Positions 44,050 through 57,485 of a stretch of DNA of 64,000 nt are shown piece by piece. A program made the position numbers and the translations under genes. Within the stretch, counting starts at the first letter, position 1. Each line of letters starts with the position of its first letter. The stretch lies in the NCBI RefSeq assembly GCF_009914755.1, contig NC_060942.1. One strand, 5' to 3'. The notes under the pieces are model-generated. The model was not told the DNA's origin. It saw nothing but the letters and a program-made list of their open reading frames with translations, and ran no database searches. This stretch comes from the human T2T-CHM13v2.0 reference genome, Homo sapiens.

Positions 44050-44225
44050 AACCTAAGAATCAACTGACAAGAGATTGAGCTGATTATTCATCACCCTCAG
44101 GAACCTCATTTAACCTTTCTGAGCTTCATTGTATTAACTTGTAAGTGAAGATAATAATGATAATATGTCCTACTTTACAATTTTGAGGCTCTATGGAGGG
44201 AAAATCTGTGAAAGTTCCTGATAAC
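44050..44225 (+). mobile_element. MIR fragment
   Basis: 'atttaacctttctgagcttcatt..tgtaagtgaagataataat'. Confidence 0.55.
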
Positions 44226-44529
44226 CAGGGAAATCGATTTACTATACTTATATGTGTTCTGGTCTATCCAAATTAAATATAATGTCTTTAAGCAAAGAAG
44301 TGTTCTAGAGCATATGGTGGAATATTTTATAGCTTGGATGCTCAGTTAATATCTACTGATTGTTAAGTTGAGTTAATATGCTAGAGAGGAGAGATGAAAA
44401 TTGAATATGGCTTCATGGCATGCATAAGAACAATTAGAAGAGACACAGAGTAGTCAAGGCATATGAAAGGTGTCCCAAAATCTTCTCAAGGAAAAGCCTC
44501 GATTGAGCCTTGATTAAAGGTAAAAATGT

Positions 44530-44940
<411 letters not shown>

Positions 44941-45652
44941 TTAAAGGTATAAAAGAAAAAAAATTAATATTAGCCATGAGAAACGGATACTAAAAGTAGA
45001 TGTTCTTGCCAGCCACGTCATGCACAATTCAAAGAGGAGAGCGTACGTACATACATGGCCTGCCACAGGCTTTTCATTGCTGGGGGCACCAAATACTTTT
45101 GTGCAATTTACATTTCAACATGGATGGAGGTTTTCTTTTATTTTTTTCATTTTTTCCCTCCTCTGTCTCTTCCTTTTCAATTAATTAACTAACCACTAAA
45201 TTGAACCTTGCCAGAATTATGGAAGAAGTAGTTTAGTTGGTGCTTCAATTCCGGTTCTGAACCATTTTTTCTTACTTCAGAATTGTTGTTTTCTATTCAC
45301 CAATAATAAATTTGATCCATCTGAAGCTGACACTTTAAAATAGTTGGGACTCAGGCATAACATGACACCAAATGCGTATATTGATTCATACGTAAGGGAT
45401 GGTAGGTAAGGAATGTACTTCAGCCTGACTACATCATATGTTTTCCCATATGATTAACTCATATAATTTTCCAAGAAGTACATAAACAAATTGGAAAAAT
45501 CATTTTGGCAGGGTATTAGTATAACCAGATGTTCCATGGATTTGTTTCCTAAGGATAAGGATCATAAATTTCGTCATCATAGATCTAGAAGTTTAGAAGT
45601 TAGATGTTTGGAAGACTGGAGAAAGCCTTATACCTGGAACAGGAAATTCTTT

Positions 45653-45962
45653 TTTCTTTTTTTTTTTTCTTTTTTTTTTGAGACTGAGTCTTGCTCTGTC
45701 GCCCAGGCTGGAGTGCAGTGGCACGATCTCCGCTCACTGCAAGCACTGACTCCCTGGTTCATGCCATTCTCCTGCCTCAGCCTCCCGAGTAGCTGGGACT
45801 ACAGGCACGCATCACCACACCCGGCTAATTTTTTTTTGTATTTTTAGTAGAGACGGGGTTTCACCACATTGGCCAGGCTGGTCTTGAACTCCTGACCTTG
45901 TGATCCAACTGCCTCTGCCTCCCAAAGTGCTGGGATTACAGGCGTGAGCCACCGTGCCTGCC
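45653..45962 (-). mobile_element. Alu, mosaic: AluSg-like left arm and AluY-like right arm
   Basis: 19-bp TSD ctggaacaggaaattcttt at 45634-45652 and 45963-45981. Confidence 0.95.
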
Positions 45963-46100
45963 CTGGAACAGGAAATTCTTTAGAGCATTTATTCTCAATG
46001 CTAACAGCTACAAATGCCTCCTGTACAATACTAGTATTGCTAGTGTAGTATCCTGAAATGAAATTAATGAATAACATAACTTATAAACGTACAGATTTTT

Positions 46101-46383
46101 TTTTTTTGAGACGGGGTCTTGCTCTGTGGCCCAGGCTGGAGTGCCGCAATTTCGGCTCACTGCAACCTCTGCCTCCCAGATTCAAGCAATTCCCCTGCCT
46201 CAGCCTCCTGAGTAGCTGGGATTACAGGCACGTGCCACCACGCCCAGCTAATTTTTTGTATTTTGAGTAGAGACGGGATTTCGCCATGTTGGTCAGGATT
46301 CTCTCGAACTCCTGACCTTGTGATCCGCCCACCTTGGCCTCCCAAAGTGCTAGGATTACAGGCATGAGCCACCGTGCCCTGCC
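46101..46383 (-). mobile_element. AluS (Sg-like) SINE
   Basis: TSD aaac(g/a)tacagattttt at 46085-46100 and 46384-46399. Confidence 0.95.
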
Positions 46384-48714
46384 AAACATACAGATTTTTA
46401 AAAGAAATGTAACATCTTAACTTTAAGATTTAGAAAAAAATAAAAAATTATATATCATAGGAAAACACACATTTCAATATCTAAATGCATAGGCAGTGCT
46501 ATACCAGGAAACACGATGAAGTAGTTGGATGCTCTCACCTAAACAGGAAATCTCCATGAACTACAAATCAGAATAATATAGCAGGTGAGATTGATAGTCA
46601 AAATACCAGGAGTGGTATTGTCACCAGTGACATTATTTACTGAAATAACAAAACATTTTGATAAAGTTCTGAAAAAAAAGGTCTTCCTTTGGTATACATG
46701 ACTGTTGCATTTACAGAAAAGCCAGCATATATTACAACTAACTCTATGTACAAAACAGATGTAGAGTCTAGGCTTACATATGTGAAAGACTGGTGAGTCA
46801 TTGAGAAGTTGGATGGGGCTTGGGATAATTTTTTTCATGTGAGATTTTTCATTCATGGCAATAGATTGGTTTCTTTGTTTCCAACCCATTACATTTCAGT
46901 AGCATCCTCCAAACACAAATGCAACCCCTAACCCCAACAAGCCAAATTTCCAAAATGCTCTCAGAGATGCCCTATACTGCTGCTATTGAAAATTATTGCT
47001 CTGGGGAGAAAGGACCAATCTAATAGGAGTATAATTTACCGTAATTTATATGTGGGTAGGGCCCTTGCTGTGACCTCTGTGGTCAGTGAGAAACAGCAGG
47101 GCTTCAGGGACTTGGAGAAACTAGAAGCAGGATAGGCAGATTCAACATGGCTTGAAGGACATTTGCAAGACCCCTAGCCCTATGTCTCACCATGCTCAGT
47201 GCTCACACTCTTCCACAAAAGGGTTTATAAAAGCCTACATTCTCCCAAGGGGGATCTCAAACTAACACTTGGTAAATTCGAGCTGATCAACTGATCTAAA
47301 TAAGTCAGGCCAAAAAGGAAGCAATTGGATCTGATATTTTTTCTTAAGAACAGAATTATATTTTTGGTTATTGCACCAGCTCTATGCTTCATGTTGCCTG
47401 CACTGAACACTAATCATAAAATTTCCTACTAAGATCAATCCAAGGTGAACGGAAAAATCAAGTGTTTCCTCAGGACTCCTTTTCAATCCTTTTTTTCCAA
47501 CTTTCTGATGGAATCAATGCACCGAAACAAAAATACGTGAAAACCAGAATTAAATGGTCATCCAGCCAAGGTTCTTTTAGAATAGGGTATGTTTTTTTCC
47601 AATATTCCCAGCACGTCGCAGTTTTAATACCTTCAAGAACAGAAAACTTACCACTTAATTCAGACCAGTGCAACATATATTGAAAAAATAATTTACCCCT
47701 CTAATTGTTCCATTTATTGGAGTTAGCTCTAGTCTTCTGCCTCAGGGTTTTAGACAGTAAAATTTTGCCACAAAATTTTGATTCTATGCAAAAGGTCATA
47801 ATATTGTATGCTGTTTCTTTTAGTCTAGTCATATCCTTCAAGTTTCCTTTTTGCACTATTTGTGTAGGAATGAGGATCAAGGAGTCATATTCTTCTTTTT
47901 ATTTACTAATATTGTATGTCAGCAGAACAAGCAAAAAGTATCTGTACAGTCAAAAAAACACAACAACAGCTTCTTCTCATTTTCTTTGTTTTTAATTCTC
48001 TGGCAAACATAGACATTAGGTAGCTTAGGTGTTGGGTTAATAATGGTGAGGATCTTCATGGAGCCAACTTTATATATTTGGTGCTTATCTCAGTTGTAAT
48101 CATATCTTTTCGTCCCTCCAAAATCTTCTTCAATGACAAGGAGAACCCAGTCCAGTAGGGGACCTTCATAAAGGCCACTTGGTTATTTGCCTTTAGCAGA
48201 AGTTTCCAGAAAGTCCATTGCAGGGATGTTTTTTGCATGTCCCGTATTTTTCTGAGCCTCCACAGAATAGTGGGTGTTTGTTTGTCTCTCCTGATTTATA
48301 GCATGTTTAGCATAATTCAGTTACTAGCAAAATAAATTTATATTTTATTAATCATATACTTTACTACATTGAGTACTATATGCATGCAATACATCTAGTA
48401 CATTATCATCTGTTTATCTATCTGTATCTATATCTATAATTTGCTCAACCTATAGTCTCTGCTTATCCTAAATATGAATTCCTAGACCTTTTGCAATGAT
48501 TTCCTAGCTTTCTTGGGTTTCCCTTTCCTTGGTTTCTCTTAAGATGCCCATGTCTCAGGAAGGCCATTATGTTGTGATTTTTACAAAAACAAAGAAGGTT
48601 GAGGAGTAGCCACCAGACAAGTACTTTGTAGTGTCTTTCCTTCTGTATACAGAAGCTTGGTTTTTAATCCATCATTCTCTAGTCTCAAGAAAGATTACAA
48701 CCACCACAACCACA

Positions 48715-48900
48715 AATGTTTACTGCTATTTTGGCACTGTGATAAATTATTTAAATAGACCTTTTAAATTCTCATAACAACCCTATTAGATAAGTTTCAT
48801 TATTACTACCAATAAATAAATTGAGATGTAGAAAATATAAATAACTTCTGCAAGATCACACAGCTAGTCACTGTAGGAGCCAAGACTTAAATTTGAATTA
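48715..48900 (-). mobile_element. MIR SINE
   Basis: 'ttctcataacaaccctattagataag..aataacttctgcaagatcacacagctagt'. Confidence 0.7.
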
Positions 48901-49913
48901 ATGTCAGATTCTTTCTTGTACTTAACCTCTTTCTTCTGCTTATGAGATTCCCTAGCAAAAACAAAGATTCTAATTAATCTTAAAAATTCCACTGTGGCAC
49001 CTCTGTAGAGTTTGTCACTGCTCTTTCTTGATCCAGTCAAAAATAAGATGCTGGAAAAGATAGAATTTGGGTGACCTTCTTAGTCAGCAGAAGAAAATAG
49101 ATGTGTAAAAGCTGTCAGGAACAATACAGTTTTATTAACTAATTGCTGCTGCTTCCACAGTTGCCTACTGTTCTGGCAGGTCCTGAGAGAGAGCTTCCAC
49201 CAGACTCTGACCAAAAGGGAACCAAAATCTGTCTACTAAAGCTATGTTGAAAGCCTCATAATGTTGCTGGTATAATAGGACCAGCCTTCTGGAACTCTGC
49301 CGCATGACAGATAAAATCTCTAAGTTAGAAGTCTGTGCTTATAAGCAATTCTACCTGGGAGAGAACTGAAATCTGGACAGGACCTAATTTTATACCGATA
49401 ATTTTGCAACCAAGAAAGTTATTTTCTAATAGCAACAATTGTGATGATAAAAAGGATAGCTTGTTGATTCCATGGTGTGATTCTTAGAGTTTCAGTGTTT
49501 GTTGCTCCCATGTCAATTGTAATCCTTTGCTAATGTCTAAACTTTCAGACTTTAAAATAAGACTAGGTTTCTATCCCCCATGACAAAGCATAAATGATTA
49601 GTATCAGGTCAGGTGTTCAGGTGAGCAGAGTACATGGTATGGAAGGAAGACAGAGAATTACTCTGTGGAGAGGTGAGACTACATAGCTGAATTATACCCA
49701 TCAACTGCTTTTCACAAATTATCCTACCACATCCATTGCTCTCTGTAACCTCTTGTTTACTCATTATATGATCTGAATTCATGAACAAGCCTTTAGCTAT
49801 ATATTTTCTGATTTCTAGATTTGTATATTTTTTTCTGATGAATTAGATTTAAAGTGAGGAAAGGACAATGCCCTTTACCTTTTTATATTCTCTACACATT
49901 AAAGGACACAACC

Positions 49914-50200
49914 TTTTTTCTTTGAGATGGAGTTTCACTCTTGTTGCCAAGACTGAGTGCAATGGCATGATCTCAGCTCACCACAACCTACACCTCCCTG
50001 GTTCAAGAAATTCACTTGCCCCATCCCCCTGGGTAGCTGGGATTACAGGCATGTGCCACCACACCCAGCTAATTTTGTATTTTTAGTAGAAATGCGGTTT
50101 CTCCATGTTGGTCAGGCTGGTCTTGAACTCCTGACCTCAGGTGATCTGCCCCCCCCTTGGCCTCCCAAAGTGCTGGGATTACAGACGTGAGCCACCTCAC
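49914..50200 (-). mobile_element. AluSp SINE
   Basis: Sp diagnostics gcaatggc, ctcaccacaacc, tttctccatgttggtcagg; TSD ggacacaac at 49904-49912 and 50205-50213. Confidence 0.94.
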
Positions 50201-50364
50201 AGGTGGACACAACTTTTTTAAAGAAAGTAAATAAATGCTTGCTGAATAATTTTCTGATGGAATCAATTGCTAAAACAAAAAAATGTGAAAACCAGAAGTG
50301 GATTTAGACACTAACCACAATCCCCACCCACAACACACACACACTCACACATGCACATTTCAAA

Positions 50365-50470
50365 ATTCAGAATATATAAGTGACTTGCCCAAGGTTACAC
50401 CAGTAGTCAGTAGCCATCAGGACAAGAACTCAGGTGTTCTAACTCCCCAAACCAGTATCCTCTATTACAT
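50365..50470 (-). mobile_element. MIR fragment
   Basis: 'aagtgacttgcccaaggttacaccagtagt'. Confidence 0.6.
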
Positions 50471-52199
50471 CATAAGCTGTCTCACAGAGCCTAATAAATG
50501 AGGCCTTAGAAATATTATATATTTTCTACTGTCTTCATTTCTCTTTTAAATTTGGCACACAGTTTTTGTTCATTGGACCATCTAAACTTATACTTTTCAT
50601 TGTTCAAGGGAATTGTCTCTAGAACTATCAACAAAAATGACAGGGATATCTATCCATATGCTCATTCATCCATCGCATACCCCAGTGCAGTTATTTACAT
50701 AGCACAGTGACACTGAGCAAACACAGAAGGAGAAACAGAAAAAGAGGAGAGGACAAAAAAGACATTGAGGATTTTTATGAGCCATTTTCCTAACAGTATG
50801 CAGTATTCAATAAGCATTATGTATACAGTAGGTGTATCTATCACGGTTTCTACGATGATTCGGTGATAGTGTATTAGCCATTATCAATAGAGCCATTACA
50901 AAAGACACTAACTAACTACTCCAACTTCTGCTGAGAGCCACACATTGGTATATTACCGTCTAGTTGCATATGATGTGGAAATCTGCAACAGCTTACTAGG
51001 CATTATTATACTTACAGAAAACAGTAGAAACTTCTTGATAAACAGACAAATAAATTCCCAGAATTAGTGCCTCTAATGCAAGCTCTTTAACTGATGTCTT
51101 GTCCCAAATTGTTAATAACAACAAACCTACGTATGGTTCTGCTTTTGGCAGATTAACACCATTCCACATACATAAACACACTAGCATATAAGATATAAGC
51201 ACACACAAACATACACAGAAATGTAAACACATTCAAAATTTAGAAAGAGAATTTGACTACTAGCTAGTATTGAACTCAAAACACAGCCCTCTGAAGGCCA
51301 GATCTTTTCTCTCTCATATCCTCTCAGAACACTAAATAAGTGACCGAGTACATAGTCAGCGCTCAGCAAATTGACTGAAGTATTGATTGATTTTTTTAAA
51401 CTGTTACCAACTCTGCAGATTCTATTTTATATATAGCCAGGGAGAAATTCCATGGTCATCAAATGATGATAATTTCTTTAAGGAAGTGAGTTAGATCCTT
51501 AAAGAAAGGAAGGCAATTTGGCAGTTACAAGATTTTAGATTGCTATTCTTTTTTCCCAACAGTGTGTAAATTGGTAGAATTGAAGGGAATGGCACTTCCA
51601 TTTCTTTAGTGATAATTGTATTTCTGTTACATAACTGAGAGGAAGTAAGCCAGCTTTCCCTGATACTCCTTCTTCTAATATCTGCTACAATACATTCCTC
51701 CCTATAAATATATGCATGCTGAAGTCCAAGCTGGACTTTGACCAGAGTGAACCAGAGCAAAGACTTTCTGAATCTTCCAACCCTGGACTCAGGGGTGAGG
51801 AGTGAGAAACTGTTACCTGCTTCTCCCTTCAATCTACCTAACAAATCTTTTTTTTACTTTCTCAAAAACAGATTCTCTTTCCTGTTTTTCTCCTTCTTGC
51901 TTAAAGGAGGGAGAAGGAGAGAGAGAAAACAAATGCCATATGTAGCTAATCTGAAGCGGAAATTTCTATGGTTTAGAGCATGTGGGTTATTTTAAACAGC
52001 TATACAACAGAAATAGAGAGAGGAGGAAGCAATTTATACAATTTTTCAGTGAGTCATAAATTAGATTTCCTTTAATATCCTTCAACCTGTAACTAAATAA
52101 TAAAATCCCCTTTTAATTTATTCTGTTAGCTAAGCTGCTTCTTGAGTACTATATTGCAAAAAGACTTTATCACGTGATTTCTAAGTTCACAGTATTTAC

Positions 52200-52700
52200 A
52201 CACAAAGACTTAGAGATGGATCTTCATAAGCCATCCACTCTTACCTCTCACACAGGACTGGAATCTCAACTGTATGATTACTTGAAGATATTCAGTGGGC
52301 CTCCAGTTGAATGTTACCAATGCTGATATTTTATATTTAGCTGACAAATTGTTTTGCTACAACTTCCATTTATTAGTCCTAATGGTGTTCTCAGAACTTG
52401 CACAGAACAATCCCACTCCTTCTTTACTATCTCTCACTAACCAACATCATCCCTCGGTATGTTCTCCTTCACTCTAAATATCACTGCTTCTTTCAATAGC
52501 TCTCTTGACATATTTCTAAGACTTTTAAAAAACGACTCTTTATTTCATTTGAACATATTTTATGTTGTCAATATCATACCTAAAGTGTGACCCATTGGTA
52601 AGTACAAAACTGCAAGTGTAGCCTGATAAGTATGAGTGCAAGGACTCAACAGAATTAATATTTTAGATTTTTTTTTTCTGGGCATCGTATTGCCTTTCTT
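52200..52700. mobile_element. Possible L3/CR1 remnant
   Basis: Weak resemblance: 'ctacaacttccatttattagtcct', 'aaaactgcaagtgtagcctga'. Confidence 0.3.
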
Positions 52701-53119
52701 CCCTCACAGGCTGTAAGCTCGTTCAAATAACCTTTTGTGTCCTAAAATGAAGCGTGTATACATACTCTAATCTGCATCCTTTCAGAGACAGTATGCACAG
52801 TCAGTATAATTAACACTGGAGCCAGATCTAAATGCGTTTATATTCTGGCTTGACCATTCACAGCTCAGAGGCTTTGAGAGAGCTAATTAATCGGTTGGCA
52901 TCAATTTTTTTATTTGTGTTTTTTTAACCAACTGAATGCTCCCTTATATATTCTTCTTAATTAAGTGTTATCTTTCCAGTTAAGGCACTTTATTGCCAAT
53001 AATCATAATGTTCTCAAATTTTAGTTAATCCATTCAAAGTTTAGTAATTGAAATGGTTCAAGTATTTATTTTCTAACAGCTTTTTATCATTTGCCTGTTA
53101 GATAAATATATAATCTACA

Positions 53120-53325
53120 TCCCAGATACTTAAAAAGTGGATCGTGGATCAGCAATGTCAGAATCACCAGGAAACTTGTAAGAAATGCATACTCTTAGGT
53201 CCTCAGCCCAGAACTTCTGAGTAGATACTCAGAAGTATGTATGAGTGCATACACTATTTAACAAATATGAATATGTATGCTATTTAACAAAGTCTCCAGA
53301 TGATGCATATTAAAGTTTGAGACAC
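53120..53325. mobile_element. MER5A-like hAT-Charlie MITE
   Basis: 'cagaatcaccaggaaacttgtaagaaatgcatactcttagg..tttaacaaagtctccagatgatgcatattaaagtttgaga'. Confidence 0.75.
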
Positions 53326-53599
53326 TTTTTATTATCCACAGAGTTGAGAAAAATATTAACCAATATAGCACATCAGAGAATTGCTTCAAAGTTAGTAATG
53401 ACCAGTTAATAAAGTCTTTGTATATGACAGCTCAAGAAGTAGGAGAACTTCTAATTCTACTGTAATTTAAGCCATGTTGTATCACTTCCCCAGAGTAGAA
53501 TGTAAGTTTTTTTTTAAAGTGTCCCACTTTGTGCCTTCCCAGTTGTATTCCAGCTCTTAATATGTGTGAGTGTGAACCAAGGCCAAGGAGGCTGAATGC

Positions 53600-53812
53600 A
53601 GTTTGTGTTCAAAAGGTAGATGCCTGGATTTCAATCTTGTCTTGACCACTTACTTACTCTCAGTGTGACTTGAGCCATTTACCTACCATTCCATGTCAGT
53701 TTCTTCACTTGTAAAATGAGAATGATAATGTTTTCTGTTTCCTAGCTGTGTTAAAAGATTAAACAAGATAATCCATGCAAATAACTTAGCACAATGCTTC
53801 ATATGTAGCAAT
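53600..53812 (+). mobile_element. MIR SINE
   Basis: 'tgtgacttgagc..tcagtttcttcacttgtaaaatgagaatgataat'. Confidence 0.8.
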
Positions 53813-54389
53813 GTTCCCTTCCTTGTCTGAATTCTTACTATGTCTATTAGAGTTTGCTTTGGTTCATAATAGACTCTGTTGTATGTTGTTTCCATATTTA
53901 TATTTTAAGAACCTTGATGAAAGGTTGCTGTCTTATACTGGTGTTTTTCAAGCCACAAATGGATTATTTGTCTCAAGTCGTCTATAGTTGAGACAGTATG
54001 ACAGTTGGAATGCATCTTTTTCAGTAGAATCTTAACTTAATCCTCAAATACATGTCCAAGTAATGATCAAGCTTACACTGATTATACCATGGTTAGTACT
54101 ACTCCTAGCAGTACTACTATAGTAGTCATACTGTAGTAACTAACAGCCTTTAGGATAATATGTCTATTGGAAAACACATTTACTGTTATCTTTTGGACTC
54201 CTTCTGCTTCAATAGATTTAATGTTTTTCTCTAGGGAGTTGGGAAGTCAGAAGCTAGATGGAGGTAAGGATAGGGCTCAGTGACCCAGAAGTCAGGTCCG
54301 TCGTGCTAGTACGATTCCATGTGTGTATTGGTTACACCTGACATTTCCCAAGCTCTCTGAGGAATAGGGTGGTAGATACCTGGGTAGAT

Positions 54390-54600
54390 AGAGAGATGAC
54401 CCAGACTTAGAACTAAAAGTCTTAGATTTGAGTCTCAGCTTTCATGTCTACTAAACTTTGCGCCTTATTTAATTTAAATCATCTGGGTCTTGACTTTCTT
54501 ATTTATAAAATAGAAAGAAATACCAATATAGGTGACTCCAAAAACAAATATTTTATTAGAGATATCTTTATAAACACTTAATATTTAGAAAAAGCATTAA
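54390..54600 (+). mobile_element. MIR fragment
   Basis: 'agatttgagtctcagctt..tctgggtcttgactttcttatttataaaatag'. Confidence 0.5.
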
Positions 54601-56379
54601 GAAGAAATGAAAGTGATGTGGATGATAAAAGTATTCCCCCCCCTTGACTTTGGTGCCTTCTTTCCTCTTATAAAGATACGCAAAATCTATGCTTTGGGTG
54701 TGCTTTATGATTCTTCATGGAAATCCCTGAGAGAGGTATTAAAATTAACTAGTGAAATTGATTTCTGTCAGCATCACAGTTACTATTTATTTCCACCATT
54801 GACTCAACATAAAGACTGCCACATGATACCGGAGAATGTTAAAAGCTTCCCTTAAGTAGTTCCCCCACTGGCTTCCTATGGGGTTAAGTCTCTGTAATGG
54901 CATTATTCCTTCAGGGTTTCTAGTGGAGCTAGAGTTCTTTTTTTTTTTTTTCTCTTTTCCTTTCTGATCTGGGTCAAGGCTAATGTGTTATCCTAGGAGG
55001 GTTCATATATTAGCTAGTTAACATATTAGCAGGGGTTATTGTCTCTGATTAAATCATTACTACCCACTGTCTTGTAGCAAAGAAAAGGACCCTGGGGGAT
55101 TGGGGCCCATGATGGACAAATCTCGATGAAAGGGAAGCAAAATCAAAAGAATGAGACAGTTTGGATCCAGTTAAAATTTTGGCACTATGGTTTTTAGGCA
55201 CTAAATCACTGAGATTAGGTCTGTAGAAGAGGATTCAAGAAAAAATAAATTTCCAAGGTATTACCTCCTCCAAGAGCCAGGCTTTGTTTGCACTTGGATA
55301 CCATATATAGTTCAATGTAGGATCTGTATAAAAGTATTAATATTAAGGCTTTTTAGATTCCATTGTAAGATTAAACTAGTGGTTAAATAAGTTCATCAAA
55401 GAGGTTTCTCCCATTATCATCAACATACAAAACACATTTTGGAAAATTTGCTTCAGTTTTCACTTAATTTCATATATGTGCATTAGCATACAAATAAAAA
55501 TATTTTAGAATAATTTTTAATTTAAAATAAAACATCAATTCTTTATGTTTTCTAATATTTTTGGGCCCTGGAAAATTTTCATCTCATAGACCTAAAGCTG
55601 TAAGATGATAATATTTAAATGCAAGTCACAAGCTTCAATTAGGTACAATCAGAAATCATGTGGTGACTTCATTAAGTATCATTAAGAATGATCAAAATAT
55701 TGCTCTTAGGAAAAATACATCAAAAGCATTGCATTTACACATTGATTAAACAGGATCTGCAATTTCTAAAATCTGGTATGAGAAAAAAGAATGGAGTAAA
55801 TTAAGTGCTCATATCCCACTTAGCAACAAGGGAGTGCTTAGCAACTGGCAAAGGAAGAAATAAAGGGAGATGGTAGAAAACAAAATATGATCAGCCTCTG
55901 AAAAGGGTGAGAAATCAAGAAATGACAATGTAACTAATTGGGGATGGAGGAGAGGTTGCTGTCCCAGAAGCAGAGGGCCACAGAGTCACCCTGCTTTTTG
56001 AAAGTTTTTAAAATTATTTCTATTTCCTTTTTAACCATAGGAAATTAGGCTCGTAATTAGGAATCAAGGGCACAGGGAGGACTCTCTCAAAAACCATGAC
56101 TGTGATCGGAGTCGTGTTTGTTGAGATCCATGCAGCCCTTTATAAGCTCTTTTCCCTTTTCCTCATGCACTCAGTGTGCAATCTAGCTCTCAGTTCTATA
56201 AGGTCTTAAGTCTGAAGGAGGCTTAGGAGGATTTGATATTATATCCATTTGATAACTCTTAAAGAGTATTATCGTCCTAATCATGCTCCCCGTCCCCCTT
56301 GCTTTCTGTTTGATTTGCCCTCCCTGGATATCCCACTTATCCCAGGCCTTCGGCTCCTGGCTTATAATGATCGTTTTCA

Positions 56380-57108
56380 ACTCTTCTTATCCACTTGGAG
56401 ATATCTTTTCCCTGTGCTTAAATCTGTGCCCATGAATTTCCCACAGGCCACTCAAACCTACTTTCAGACCTCAGCCTCCCCATTCTCTTACTACCTCCTT
56501 CATCATCACCTTAGGAAGGCCCTTGTTCATGCAGGCAACACATCCAGAAACCTCCCCATTTCTGTCTCCTCACTCCAATATTTAGTTGGTTCACTGATTC
56601 TATCTCTGAAATATATCTCAAACTCACTCTTCTTTACAATCAATCTGAGGTCAAAAATTCATGATCTCTTATCAGGGGAAAAATCTAAATTCTTAACATC
56701 ACATGAAGGGACTTAATAATTCAGCCAAATTAATGTTTCTTTTTAACCTTGATTCTGCTACTTCTTACTTGCACACAGCCATGTTCTGGGACTATTAAAC
56801 AGATACTTGTTTCTAGGACATGTGTTTTCTGATACCTGTTGTCCAAAACTCATGGTGTGATCTCCTTTTAGAATAACCTTTCCTTTTTATTAGTATTTTT
56901 TTGAGCCAGAAAAACTCACACAGAGTCTTAATTGACTAAAATGACCTCTTTATTTCAATCTTTATACCGGGCTTATGGTAGATTCTCATACCAATTTTGC
57001 TTATCAAAGAAATCCCAAAGGAACAGACATTTACAATGTAATTTCACGTATTACAGAACACATCACTGAAAGTAGTAGACATTCAATTAATATCTGTTTA
57101 ATTGAATT
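56380..57108 (+). mobile_element. Degenerate L2
   Basis: 'gattctatctctgaaatatatctcaaact' and tail 'agtagacattcaattaatatctgtttaattgaat'. Confidence 0.6.
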
Positions 57109-57155
57109 AAATATATGGACAAGAACCCAATTTTCCCAAAATCAGAGCCTACAGA

Positions 57156-57485
57156 TCAAGAATTGAAAGCTTTTCTGTAAAGAGCTAGATAGTAAATATT
57201 TTAGGCTGTACAGGCCATATGGTCTCTGTTGCAACAATTAAACCCTTTTATATAGCATGAAAGCAGCTACAGACAAAAAAAGTAAGCTTGGCTGTGTTCC
57301 AATTAAACTTTTTTAATGGACACTGAAATTTGAATTTTATATACATTATAAGTGTCATAGAATAGTATTCTTCTTTTGATTATTTTGTAACGATTTAAAA
57401 ATGTTGAAACAATTAGCTCAAGAACTATGCAATAACATGCAGGCAGCTGGACTTTTCCCATATTGACTATACTTGTTGATCTATG
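57156..57485 (+). mobile_element. MER58B hAT-Charlie MITE
   Basis: 'ttttctgtaaagagctagatagtaaatattttaggct..ggctgtgttccaattaaact..atggacactgaaatttgaattt'. Confidence 0.85.

Noticed and set aside
56249-56716. Longest ORF (155 aa, + strand)
   Set aside because: Non-ATG start, overlaps pyrimidine-rich L2 remnant, L/S/P/F-biased, no recognisable domain
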